Assembly: GCA_016218765.1 (NCBI GenBank)
Contig: JACRCZ010000118.1
Location: forward strand, 1,772 to 65,771
DNA length: 64,000 bases
DNA from: Deltaproteobacteria bacterium
GTDB taxonomy: Bacteria; Myxococcota_A; Polyangia; DRWM01; JAAZOP01
Reading direction: 5' to 3'
Shown piece by piece: positions 52,280-60,611 of the stretch; position 1 is the first letter of the stretch; each line of letters opens with the position of its first letter. The translations under genes and the position numbers were made by a program. Below the pieces are notes generated by a model. That model had not been told where the DNA came from. It searched no databases and saw only the letters and a list, made by a program, of their open reading frames with translations.

Positions 52280-53410
52280 GTGAGCATCTGGCGCACCGCC
52301 AGGAACCGGGGGAAGTCCGAAACGCCGCGTACCGGTCCAACCAAGGCCCAGACCTACTGCGCCTACTGCCCGAAGCTCTGCCGTTTCGTCTGTCCGGTCT
52401 CCGCCGTCCAGGCGCGCGAGACGGTCACGCCATGGGGCAAGCAGACGGTGCTGCACGAGCTGGTCCGCCAGACTCTCCCGTTGGACGAGTCCGCCGCGCT
52501 CCCGCTGTGGGCCTGTCTCGAATGCCACGGCTGCCGCACGTACTGCGACCACGGCATCGAGGTCCCCGCTTCGCTGCGCGCGGGCCGCGTCCTCGCCTGG
52601 AGCCACCAGGTCGCGCCCAAGCCCGCTGCGGCGCTGGTCCACGGTTTTTCCGAACGCCAGCGTCGCATGCAGCTCAACGTCGCCGCGCTCGCCGCCGGCC
52701 GCGCCGTCTCCGCCGAGACGAAGCTGGCGTTGTTCCCCGGGTGCAAGGCGTGCATCGACCGTCCCCGCGAAGTTGCCGCGGCCCTGCGCGTGCTGGACGT
52801 CGGCCCCAACGGTCGCGCAGCGCTCGTCGCCGACTACTGCTGCGGGCTGCCCTTGCTCCAGGCGGGGGATCGCGACGGCTTCCTGGCGGCGGCGCGGCGG
52901 GTCCGGCGTGCGCTCTCCGGCATCCCGTTCACCGTGGTCCCCGACCCCGGCTGTTTGCATGCCCTGCGCGTGCTCTACGTCGAAGCCGGCGTGACGATCG
53001 ATACCCGGCTGCTGCACCTCTCCGAGGCCGTTCTTCCCGTGCTGGGCCGCTTCCGCAAGCTGTCGCTTGGCGGACCGGCGTTCTACCACGACCCTTGCCA
53101 CCTCGGGCGGGATCTGGGCATCTACGACGCCCCGCGCGACGTCCTCTCCCGCGTCCTGGGCGAGGGCATCGAGGAATTCCCGCGCAACCGGGAGAAGGCC
53201 GACTGCTGCGGCGGCGGCGGCGCGGTCCCGGAGGTCTATCCCGACACCGCGGTCGCGGTCGCCCGCCGCAGGCTCGAGCCTCTTGGTCAGCCCGAAGGCA
53301 CCCGCACCGTGGTCACCGCCTGCCCGTCCTGCCGGGAAATGCTCGCTTCCGCGGGTTCCGGCTGGCAGGTGAAGGACATGATCGAGCTGCTCGACGAGGC
53401 CCTCCTGTGA
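52280..53410 (+). CDS. (Fe-S)-binding oxidoreductase with 2 x [4Fe-4S] motifs and 2 x CCG domains (GlcF/LutA/HdrD-like)
   Basis: CAYCPKLCRFVCP, CLECHGCRTYC, CCGLP and CCGGGG motifs. The GTG 52280 start is provisional. Confidence 0.8.
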   Translation: MSIWRTARNRGKSETPRTGPTKAQTYCAYCPKLCRFVCPVSAVQARETVTPWGKQTVLHELVRQTLPLDESAALPLWACLECHGCRTYCDHGIEVPASLRAGRVLAWSHQVAPKPAAALVHGFSERQRRMQLNVAALAAGRAVSAETKLALFPGCKACIDRPREVAAALRVLDVGPNGRAALVADYCCGLPLLQAGDRDGFLAAARRVRRALSGIPFTVVPDPGCLHALRVLYVEAGVTIDTRLLHLSEAVLPVLGRFRKLSLGGPAFYHDPCHLGRDLGIYDAPRDVLSRVLGEGIEEFPRNREKADCCGGGGAVPEVYPDTAVAVARRRLEPLGQPEGTRTVVTACPSCREMLASAGSGWQVKDMIELLDEALL

Positions 53411-53454
53411 CACGTAGTCGCCGGCCCGCGCGTCCCGAAGCCTGCCCCCCACTA

Positions 53455-53521
53455 CCGAACCGCGCCCTTCAGGGCGCGGCGCCGTGCGGACCTCAGCCGC
53501 GGGCTGAAGCCCGCGGTTCGG
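53455..53521 (+). repeat. Family D structured repeat, second copy
   Basis: CCGCGCCC-TTCA-GGGCGCGG and CCGCGGGC-TGAA-GCCCGCGG flanked by CCGAACC / GGTTCGG. Confidence 0.85.
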
Positions 53522-53553
53522 ATCCCGGAACCGATAACCAAGAACCAATAACC

Positions 53554-54588
53554 GATGACTCCCTCCCCCTCTCCCGTCGCCGGTTCCTCGGCGCCGCCGC
53601 CGCTCCCTTGATCCTCCCCGTCCTCCCGGTCCTCGGCTGCAAGCCCTCCGAGGGCCACGCCGGCACGCGCAACGGCAAGGACGACCCCGACGCCGTCGTG
53701 CCCGATAACTCCGGCGGTCCGCGCGTCGCGCTCGCCGCCGATCCCGGCGTCGTCGATTCCCGCAATCGTGTCGATGGCGTCAAGGAGTTGATGTCGAGGG
53801 CCCTCGGCGGCGCCGGCGACGGCGAGCCGGGCGACTTCCTCCAGAAGCTGTTCCACGAGGACGAGCGGATCGGCATCAAGGTCAACACGCTTGCCGGGCG
53901 CGGCATGTCCACGTCGGTCGATGTGGTCGAGGCGCTGGTGGCCGAGCTTCGCGCGGCGGGCCGCGGCGGGCGGGGCATCATCGTCTTCGACCGCCTGAAG
54001 CAGGAGCTGGTGGACGTCGGCTACCCCTCCGGCCAGGCAGCCCGCGACCGCGGCTACCGCGTGCAGGGCACGGACGAGGCCGGCTACTCGCGCGAGCTGT
54101 ACGTGGCAGGGCGCGTCGGCAGTCTCCTCTCGGAAGTCTTCCTCGGGGTGGATGCGCTCATCACCGTCGGCGTGGTCAAGGACCACGACCTCGCGGGCGT
54201 CGGCGGTTGCACCAAGAATCTCTTCGGCCTCATCCACAACCCCAACCGCTACCACGACCACAACTGCGATCCCTACCTGGCGGACGTCCTGGGCCTGGAC
54301 GAGGTCAAGAAGCGCCTGCGCCTGGCCGTGGCCGACGGTCTCACGGCGGAGTGGCACGGCGGCCCGGCGTACGTCCGCGCCAACACCTGGTCGCTGGGGA
54401 CGATCGTCGCGTCCCCCGACTCCCTCGCCCTGGACGCTGTTCTGGCCGACATCATCGACGCCAAGCGCAAGGAGCAGGGTCTTCCGACTCTCGCCGAGGC
54501 CGACCGTGCTCCGCGCTGGCTCGACACGGCGGCCTCCCGCGGCCTGGGCGTCGTCGATCTGGATGCCATCCGCCGAGTCGAGAAATAG
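53554..54588 (+). CDS. DUF362-domain protein with a Tat-type leader and lipobox; start codon unresolved
   Basis: SRRRFLGAAAAPLILPVLPVLGC. DUF362-like core (IGIKVN.., VKDHDLAGV..). No canonical in-frame start lies upstream of the RR motif. ATG 53555 is one base out of frame. Confidence 0.7.
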   Translation, partial: DDSLPLSRRRFLGAAAAPLILPVLPVLGCKPSEGHAGTRNGKDDPDAVVPDNSGGPRVALAADPGVVDSRNRVDGVKELMSRALGGAGDGEPGDFLQKLFHEDERIGIKVNTLAGRGMSTSVDVVEALVAELRAAGRGGRGIIVFDRLKQELVDVGYPSGQAARDRGYRVQGTDEAGYSRELYVAGRVGSLLSEVFLGVDALITVGVVKDHDLAGVGGCTKNLFGLIHNPNRYHDHNCDPYLADVLGLDEVKKRLRLAVADGLTAEWHGGPAYVRANTWSLGTIVASPDSLALDAVLADIIDAKRKEQGLPTLAEADRAPRWLDTAASRGLGVVDLDAIRRVEK

Positions 54589-54735
54589 AAACCACAGATG
54601 AACACAGATAAACACAGATGGGGAAGGGGGACCGGGTCCGGCTCAAAATGAAACCACAGATGGACACAGATAGACACAGATGGGGAAGGGGGACCGGGTC
54701 CGGCTCCGATGACCGAAAACCGAAAACCGAAAACT
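54589..54735 (+). repeat. Family C repeat, 2 units (period 61 nt), plus a (CCGAAAA)n tail
   Basis: GAAACCACAGATGRACACAGATARACACAGATGGGGAAGGGGGACCGGGTCCGGCTC x2, followed by GACCGAAAACCGAAAACCGAAAAC. Confidence 0.9.
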
Positions 54736-55856
54736 GCCCCGTCCCGGCGCGTCGGGCGTTTCTCCGTAGCTGCACCGCCGCCGCTTGCGCGCTGGCGGCC
54801 ACGCGCGCCCGTCGGGCGCTCGGGCAGGAAGCCGAGGTCGTGGTGCCCGAGCCGCACGAGGCGAAGCACTGGGAGAAGCTTGCGGACAACAAGGTCCGCT
54901 GCCTGCTCTGTCCGCGGCGCTGCGAGGTCGCGGATCGCGAGCGCGGGACGTGCGGGGTGCGCGAGAACCGCGGCGGCGAGTACCGGACGCTCGTCTGGGG
55001 CCGCGTGTGTTCGGAGAACATCGACCCGATCGAGAAGAAGCCGCTCTTCCATTACCGGCCCGGCACCGATGCCTACTCGTTGGCGGCGCCCGGCTGCAAC
55101 ATCGAGTGTCTGTTCTGCCAGAACTGGGAGATTTCGCAATTCCGTCCCGAGCAGATCGAGACCTGGGAGCGCTCGCCCGCCGACGTCGCGTCTCTCTGCG
55201 CCGAGCGTGCCATCCCGACCATTGCGCTCACCTACTCCGAGCCTGTCGTCTGGTGGGAGTACGGGCGGGACATCGCGGTGGCGGCGAAGGAGCGGGGTGT
55301 CGGCACGGTGGTGGTGTCCAACGGCTACATCGAGGAGCAGCCGTTGCACGAATGGTGCGACGTCGTCTCGGCGATCAAGATCGACTTCAAGGCGTTCACG
55401 CAGCGTTTCTACCGCGACACGTGCTCCGGGGATCTGGGCCCGGTGCTCGATACGCTCGGGCGGATCAAGGATGCCGGGGTGTGGCTCGAGCTGGTGATGC
55501 TGGTCGTGCCCACGCTCAACGACGACGAGGCCGAGGTCCGGGCGATGGCGAAATGGATCAACCAGCGTCTGGGTCCGGACGTCCCGATCCATTTCACGCG
55601 TTTCCACCCCATGTACAAGCTGACGAACCTCGAGCCCACGCCGGTCGATACTCTTGAGAAGTGCCGCGACATCGCGCTCGCCGAGGGCCTCCATTTCGTC
55701 TATCTCGGCAACGTCCCGCGCCATCCCGGGGAGAACACGTATTGTCCCCGCTCCGGCGAGATCCTCATCGAGCGCGCCGGGTACACCATCCTCGAGAACC
55801 GCATCGTCGGCGGCAAGTGCCCCTGCTGCGACCAGTCCGTGCCGGGCGTGTGGTGA
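54660..55856 (+). CDS. AmmeMemoRadiSam-system radical SAM enzyme with a twin-arginine-like leader
   Basis: CNIECLFCQNWEIS (Cx3Cx2C). PFL-activase-like fold pattern. C-terminal CPxxG..CPCC. Leader PARRAFLRSCTAAACALAATRA. The candidate ATGs (54618, 54648, 54660) all lie in repeat DNA. Confidence 0.85.
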   Translation: MDTDRHRWGRGTGSGSDDRKPKTENCPVPARRAFLRSCTAAACALAATRARRALGQEAEVVVPEPHEAKHWEKLADNKVRCLLCPRRCEVADRERGTCGVRENRGGEYRTLVWGRVCSENIDPIEKKPLFHYRPGTDAYSLAAPGCNIECLFCQNWEISQFRPEQIETWERSPADVASLCAERAIPTIALTYSEPVVWWEYGRDIAVAAKERGVGTVVVSNGYIEEQPLHEWCDVVSAIKIDFKAFTQRFYRDTCSGDLGPVLDTLGRIKDAGVWLELVMLVVPTLNDDEAEVRAMAKWINQRLGPDVPIHFTRFHPMYKLTNLEPTPVDTLEKCRDIALAEGLHFVYLGNVPRHPGENTYCPRSGEILIERAGYTILENRIVGGKCPCCDQSVPGVW

Positions 55857-55902
55857 GAGGGGGCTGGTGGCGGGTGGTGGGGTGCCGGGCAGGTGGTGAG
55901 GC

Positions 55903-56436
55903 ATGAACGGCATGCAGGGCATTGGCCGGGTTCGCGCCGCGTGGAGCCTTGCGCTGTCGGTCTGGGTCGCGGGCTGCGGAGCGGCGGGCGGGTCGAGCGA
56001 CACGGACCAAGCGTACTGGGCGGACCAGGGGGACCCGTTCGTCTTCGGGTGGCTCCGCGCGTCGGAGGTGGAGCCTCTGGACCGGACACCGGCGGCGGCG
56101 GAGGTTTGTCCCGAGCAGGCGGCGCGAGCGGATTGCCGGATGCGCGTCCGGACGACGGTTCCGTGCAGCGGCGCCTGCTGGTCGCCGGAGGATCTCGCGG
56201 CGCGAACCGCGTGGATCTGCATCTGTGATCTGTGCGCCGGCGACGGCGACTGCACCGAGGGCCCGGGCGGGACCTGCGTCCTTCTTCCCGGCGACACGTG
56301 CGACGAGGATCGCCGGCTCTGCCTCTACGCGGGCGAGACGTGCCACGACGCGGCGTCGTGCTCCGACGGGCTCGCCCGCTGCATGCACCGCAACGGCCGT
56401 GCGGTCTGCGCCGAGCCCGCCGCGCCCCCGCCGTAG
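55903..56436 (+). CDS. Cys-rich lipoprotein, function unknown
   Basis: Signal MNGMQGIGRVRAAWSLALSVWVAGC. About 17 Cys residues after the lipobox. Confidence 0.6.
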   Translation: MNGMQGIGRVRAAWSLALSVWVAGCGAAGGSSDTDQAYWADQGDPFVFGWLRASEVEPLDRTPAAAEVCPEQAARADCRMRVRTTVPCSGACWSPEDLAARTAWICICDLCAGDGDCTEGPGGTCVLLPGDTCDEDRRLCLYAGETCHDAASCSDGLARCMHRNGRAVCAEPAAPPP

Positions 56437-56490
56437 TTTCGGCCCGGGCGGCCATGACGGGTGGCTTGTACGAAGCCGGGGCCGGACAGG

Positions 56491-56527
56491 AGGGGGAAGC
56501 CACAGATGAACACAGATGAACACAGAT
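56491..56527 (+). repeat. Family C repeat, single unit
   Basis: GGGGGAAGCCACAGATGAACACAGATGAACACAGAT. Confidence 0.85.
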
Positions 56528-56676
56528 TCCGGTCAGGGGAACGACCTGGACCTATGCAATGCACCCGGCCATGACGCGACGCGTGACGCGGCGATGGGGC
56601 CTGAGGCAGGGGGCGGGTGCTGGACGCGAGCCGGATCGGGGGTTAGCCTGTGCGATCGGGATGGAGGGAATCGGAC

Positions 56677-57432
56677 ATGCGTGAGCGGGTGGCGCGCGAC
56701 ACGAGCCGGATCGCGATCGTGCTGGTTGCCGGCGTCTTGGGACTCGCCGGCGTCGCGGCCTGCGGCGGTGTGGCGGAGGAACCCGACGTCGTCGCCTCGG
56801 ACGGTGACGGGAGCGAAACCGCGGCGGACGTCACGTTCGACGACGCCCGCGCGGACGCCGACGCGGACGCCGACTCCGACGCCGACTTGCCCGCTGAAGC
56901 GGATGCAGAAGCGGCCGTGGAGGTCGACGTACCCGCGGAGGCCGACGTACCCGCGGAGGCCGACGTACCCGCGGAGGCCGACGCCGACGTCGTCGACTCG
57001 GTCGACACTCACGATGCCGTCGACATCGTCGAGGTCATCGACGTTCCGGAGGCCGGCGATGTCGTGGAGGTGGTCGACGTTCCCGATGTGGGAGATGCGC
57101 TCGACGTTCCCGACGGCGTCGAGTGTCGGACGACGGACGACTGCATGTTGGGCCTGACCTGTTGTTCGGGGCGCTGCGCGAACCTGTACAACGATCCGAA
57201 GAACTGCTCCGGGTGCGGTTCGGCCTGCCCCGAGTCCGCGCCGTTCTGCGCGGGGGGCGCTTGCATCGAGATCCCGTGCGAGGGGGTGGACTGCGTGGGC
57301 GAGCAGTTCTGCTGCGGCGTTGTCTGCTGCCGTCCCGGGCAGATCTGTTGCAGCGTGGATGGTCCGGGACCGTCGTTCGGTCCCGGCTGCTACGACCTGT
57401 TCTGCCCGGGCGGCTGCCCGTTGTGCGGGTAG
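56677..57432 (+). CDS. Acidic lipoprotein with a Stig1-like Cys-rich C-terminal domain
   Basis: RBS GGAGGG. Lipobox GVAAC. (VPAEAD)n and D/V-rich linker. CCSGRCANLYNDPKNCSGCGSAC motif. Confidence 0.65.
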   Translation: MRERVARDTSRIAIVLVAGVLGLAGVAACGGVAEEPDVVASDGDGSETAADVTFDDARADADADADSDADLPAEADAEAAVEVDVPAEADVPAEADVPAEADADVVDSVDTHDAVDIVEVIDVPEAGDVVEVVDVPDVGDALDVPDGVECRTTDDCMLGLTCCSGRCANLYNDPKNCSGCGSACPESAPFCAGGACIEIPCEGVDCVGEQFCCGVVCCRPGQICCSVDGPGPSFGPGCYDLFCPGGCPLCG

Positions 57433-57595
57433 GGCCGCACCGGGTGATTCGCCGCGGTCGTCACCCCCCACCGTCCCGACCAACAATTCGACCCGATCGA
57501 CCCACCAACGCCCCGAAGGGACTCGGCGGCTCGGGCGCCGAGCACCACTTATCAAAAACTTGCCCGCCCTCCGCTTCCACCCTTACCCTCGCCCC

Positions 57596-57811
57596 ATGAC
57601 CACACGCATGACCGCAGCCGAAATCCAGTTCGCCTACCCCGACGAGTGGGTCGTCGCCACCGATCTCCCAGCCCCCCACGCCGCCCTGCCCCGCGAAGGC
57701 GTCGTCGTCTTCCACTCCCCCAACCGCAGCGCCGCCCTCAACGCCTTCGGCGCCGCTCCCAAGCCCGCCGCCCTGTGGTACGTCGCTCCCCCCGCCCTTC
57801 CAAACCAATAA
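57596..57811 (+). CDS. Hypothetical 71-aa protein
   Basis: High GC3 but no clear RBS. The stop lies in a family G repeat. Confidence 0.3.
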   Translation: MTTRMTAAEIQFAYPDEWVVATDLPAPHAALPREGVVVFHSPNRSAALNAFGAAPKPAALWYVAPPALPNQ

Positions 57812-57880
57812 CTCGTCCCGTTCGTCCCACTCCCCCCGTTCGACCCACCAACTACTCAACCCGATCGACCCACCCCCCCT
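57801..57880. repeat. Family G low-complexity repeat (ACCAATAACTCGTCCCGTTCGTCCC..CGACCCACC)
   Basis: 24 of 26 nt match the copy at 58891. Related copies lie at 57463..57512 and inside rsmB. Confidence 0.75.
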
Positions 57881-57881
57881 C

Positions 57882-58790
57882 CTACGGGCACACCCCGTCC
57901 ATATCGATGCACACCACGCCGTAAATCCCCACCTCGCAGCAGACCTCGCCGGCCGGACAGAAGTCGCACGCCCCGCACGTCGTGCACCCCACCGCCGGCT
58001 CATAGTCCTCGCAGTTCCCGTCGATGCAGAGCTGGTCCCGGTTGCACGTGTCCCCGCAGCTCCCGCAGTGCCGCACGTCCGTCGCGTAGTCCACGCACGC
58101 ACCGCGGCACAGGTCCAGGGTGCACTCCGCCCCGGGCACGCACGCACCGCTGACGCACGCCTGCCCGCACGCCCCGTCGCACGACCCGCAGTGATCCCGA
58201 TCGGCCTGCAGGTCCACGCAGCCGTCCACGCACGGCGACAGCCCGGGCCGGCACGCGCACAGGCCGTCCGCGCACACTTCCAGGTCGTCGCACCGCACGT
58301 CGCACCCGCCGCAGTTCTCCGCGTCCGCCGACGCGTCCCGGCACTCCCCCGCGCAGTCGACGTACCCCGCGGGACACGACCCCGTTCCCCCGCAAACCCC
58401 CGCCACGCACTCCTCGCCCGTCCCGCACCCGTTGTCGCACCCCCCGCAGTGCGCCGCGCTCGACGACACGTCCACGCACTCCGCCCCGCACAAGAGCAGC
58501 GGCGCCGCGCACTCCGCGCCCCCGTCCCCGTCGATTTCCGCGTCCGCCTCTTCCCCTCCGTCCGCCTCCTCCGTGCCGTCCCCATCCCCCGCGCCGTCCC
58601 CTTCCCCCATCCCGTCCCCGTCGCCGACGGCGTCCCCATCGCCGCCCGCGTCGTCGCCGGACACGTCGCCCACGACGTCCCCATCGACCCCGTCGCCCGT
58701 CACCTCCGCGTCCAGGTCGCTTCCTCCCCCGCCCCCTCCGCAGCCCAGCGCAAACAACACGACGACCACCCACGCCCGGTTCTGCAACAT
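57882..58790 (-). CDS. Acidic lipoprotein with repeated CGGC/CGSC Stig1-like Cys modules
   Basis: ATG at 58790, 5 nt after GGAGG. Lipobox FALGC. G/D-rich linker. Five or more C..C.D...D..(H/N)CG(G/S)C modules. Confidence 0.7.
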   Translation of the reverse strand: MLQNRAWVVVVLFALGCGGGGGGSDLDAEVTGDGVDGDVVGDVSGDDAGGDGDAVGDGDGMGEGDGAGDGDGTEEADGGEEADAEIDGDGGAECAAPLLLCGAECVDVSSSAAHCGGCDNGCGTGEECVAGVCGGTGSCPAGYVDCAGECRDASADAENCGGCDVRCDDLEVCADGLCACRPGLSPCVDGCVDLQADRDHCGSCDGACGQACVSGACVPGAECTLDLCRGACVDYATDVRHCGSCGDTCNRDQLCIDGNCEDYEPAVGCTTCGACDFCPAGEVCCEVGIYGVVCIDMDGVCP

Positions 58791-58890
58791 GTGAACCTCC
58801 ACGGACGGCGACGCGCCGCCCCGCCACCATCCGCTTGCCGCGACCACTCGGAATCTTACGCCGCCCCCGGGATCGTCGCTCCCCCCTCCC

Positions 58891-58993
58891 CTCCGGACCA
58901 ATGACTCGTCCCGTTCGCCCCACCAACGACTCGATCCAGGACGACCCACTCAGCCCAGGACGACCCACTCGTCCCCGGACGACCCACTCATCC
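58891..58993. repeat. Family G repeat plus a 3 x 19-nt tandem (CAGGACGACCCACTCNNCC)
   Basis: Tandem copies at about 58937, 58956 and 58975. The third copy contains the stop codon of the Memo-AMMECR1 gene. Confidence 0.8.
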
Positions 58994-60574
58994 CAGAAGA
59001 TCCACCAGCTCCTCCCCCCACACCACCGCCCGGAACCGCTGGATCCGCGTCGCCTCGTCCCGCCAACATCCCGTCGGCAATCCCGCCTTCCGGCACGTGC
59101 CGTCCAGGAACTGCTCCCGCGACCACCCCTGCTCCTCCGGCACCTGCGGCAGCAGGAGTCCCCGCCGTCCGCCCCGCGAGATGATCAGCCCGTCCCTTCC
59201 CACGACGATCGTCGTCGGATCCGTCACCGCCTCCGGCGGCGTCAGGACCGAGATCTCGTACGACAGCTCCCCCAACTCCCGCACCGACACCGGATCGAAG
59301 CGCGGATCCTCCACGGCCGCCGAACGCGCCACCTGTGCCACGCACCGGTACAGCGGGTCGTACGCCTCCACCATTCCGATGCATCCCCGCAGATCCCCGT
59401 GGGCCTTGAGCGTCACGAACGCCGCGCCGTCCCGTCGCAGCGCCTCAGACTCCGGCAGCGCCGGCTCGTACGACTCCCCTCGCACCGCCGCCGCCACCGC
59501 CGCCTTCGCGACGTCCATGAGCGCCTGCCGCTCTTCCCGCGTGTACATCCCGACCTCCCCTCCCCCGCTCGCCGCCTCCTCCCGGACCAGCGCCAACGCC
59601 CCGTACCCCACGACCCGCCCCCGCTCCCCCGTCACGTCGCCGCTGTTCGCGTACCGCAAGCGTTCGACTTTCGCCCCTTCCGGCGACAGCGCCAGCAGCG
59701 CACCCAACGCCACCCGCACCGGGTTGTACCCGCACATCCCGCTCTGCCCTTGCCCCGTGCGGTCGAACGTCTCCAGGTCGAGCGCCGCCAGCGCAGCCAG
59801 GTTCTCCTCGTCGTACGCCGTCGCCTCCTCGTACGTGAAGAAGTGCGACATGTCCGACGACGCCACAATCGCCACGTCGGCATGCTCGCGCACCACTCCT
59901 GCGATCGCCTGTCCCAGTCGCTCCAGCTCGTTCAGCGGCGTGTCGCCCACGATGACCGGCACCGCCGCCACCCCGGGCAACGCCACCTGCAGGAACGGCA
60001 ACTGAACTTCCAGCGCGTGCTCGCGCTCGAACGCCCGCGAGTCCACCACGATGTCGCCGCCCGCCGCTTCCACCAGCTCCGCCTGCAGCGCCGTATCCAC
60101 CCGCACGACCCCGAGCGGCGTCTGGTACCCGTCCTCCGCCAGCACCGCTCCCCCCGTGAACGGGTAGTGGTGGCTCGGCGCCAGCACGATCACGGTCGCG
60201 ATGGGCCCGACCTCGAAGTCCTTCCTCTCCGCCGCGGCCAGATAGCCTTCGACGCCCGCCCGCAGCGTCGCCGGATCGGCCGGGTAGAACCCCCCCGCCT
60301 GCTGCGCCGGGAAGATCGACACCGCCTCCCCTTCTGCGTGACCCGCGCCTGCGCCCTCGAGCTGCTTCCAAGCGAAGCCCGCCACGGCGCCCGAGTACTC
60401 GTACCCCGCGTGCGGCGAGATGATCCCGACCAGTCGAGCCCGCGCTGGACCTGCGGAGGAGCCGGTGTCTTCCCGCCCTTCCCGCTCTTCCCGCACTCCC
60501 TTCCGGCAGGTCGCCCCCAGCGCCAGGAGCGCACACGCCGCCAGCCCCACACTGCGCATGCCGGCTCGTCCCAT
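58988..60574 (-). CDS. Fused AmmeMemoRadiSam proteins B (Memo-like) and A (AMMECR1-like) with an N-terminal signal peptide
   Basis: RBS GGGAGAA. Signal MGRAGMRSVGLAACALLALGATC. Memo motifs PHAGYEYSG, AGGFYP, APSHH, EHALEVQLPFL and SSDMSH. AMMECR1 motifs LRGCIG and LLPQV. Confidence 0.85.
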   Translation of the reverse strand: MGRAGMRSVGLAACALLALGATCRKGVREEREGREDTGSSAGPARARLVGIISPHAGYEYSGAVAGFAWKQLEGAGAGHAEGEAVSIFPAQQAGGFYPADPATLRAGVEGYLAAAERKDFEVGPIATVIVLAPSHHYPFTGGAVLAEDGYQTPLGVVRVDTALQAELVEAAGGDIVVDSRAFEREHALEVQLPFLQVALPGVAAVPVIVGDTPLNELERLGQAIAGVVREHADVAIVASSDMSHFFTYEEATAYDEENLAALAALDLETFDRTGQGQSGMCGYNPVRVALGALLALSPEGAKVERLRYANSGDVTGERGRVVGYGALALVREEAASGGGEVGMYTREERQALMDVAKAAVAAAVRGESYEPALPESEALRRDGAAFVTLKAHGDLRGCIGMVEAYDPLYRCVAQVARSAAVEDPRFDPVSVRELGELSYEISVLTPPEAVTDPTTIVVGRDGLIISRGGRRGLLLPQVPEEQGWSREQFLDGTCRKAGLPTGCWRDEATRIQRFRAVVWGEELVDLLG

Positions 60575-60611
60575 CGTGTTTTCTCCCGGATCCCCCCGGA
60601 CGTGCGAAGCC

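Noticed and set aside
47079-54588. Alternative-frame ORFs over the cytochrome gene (47079..50282, 48041..49633). Also the long 5' extension of the DUF362 frame (51559..53553).
   Set aside because: The CxxCH periodicity exists only in the 45884..50746 frame. The 51559 frame upstream of about 53550 crosses the vWA gene (opposite strand) and the Fe-S gene and has no coding signal of its own.
60575-60611. Search for rpmI/rplT or any small ribosomal-protein ORF after infC.
   Set aside because: Only a 37-nt spacer precedes the Memo-AMMECR1 start. No L35- or L20-like ORF appears in any frame across 57800..60600.
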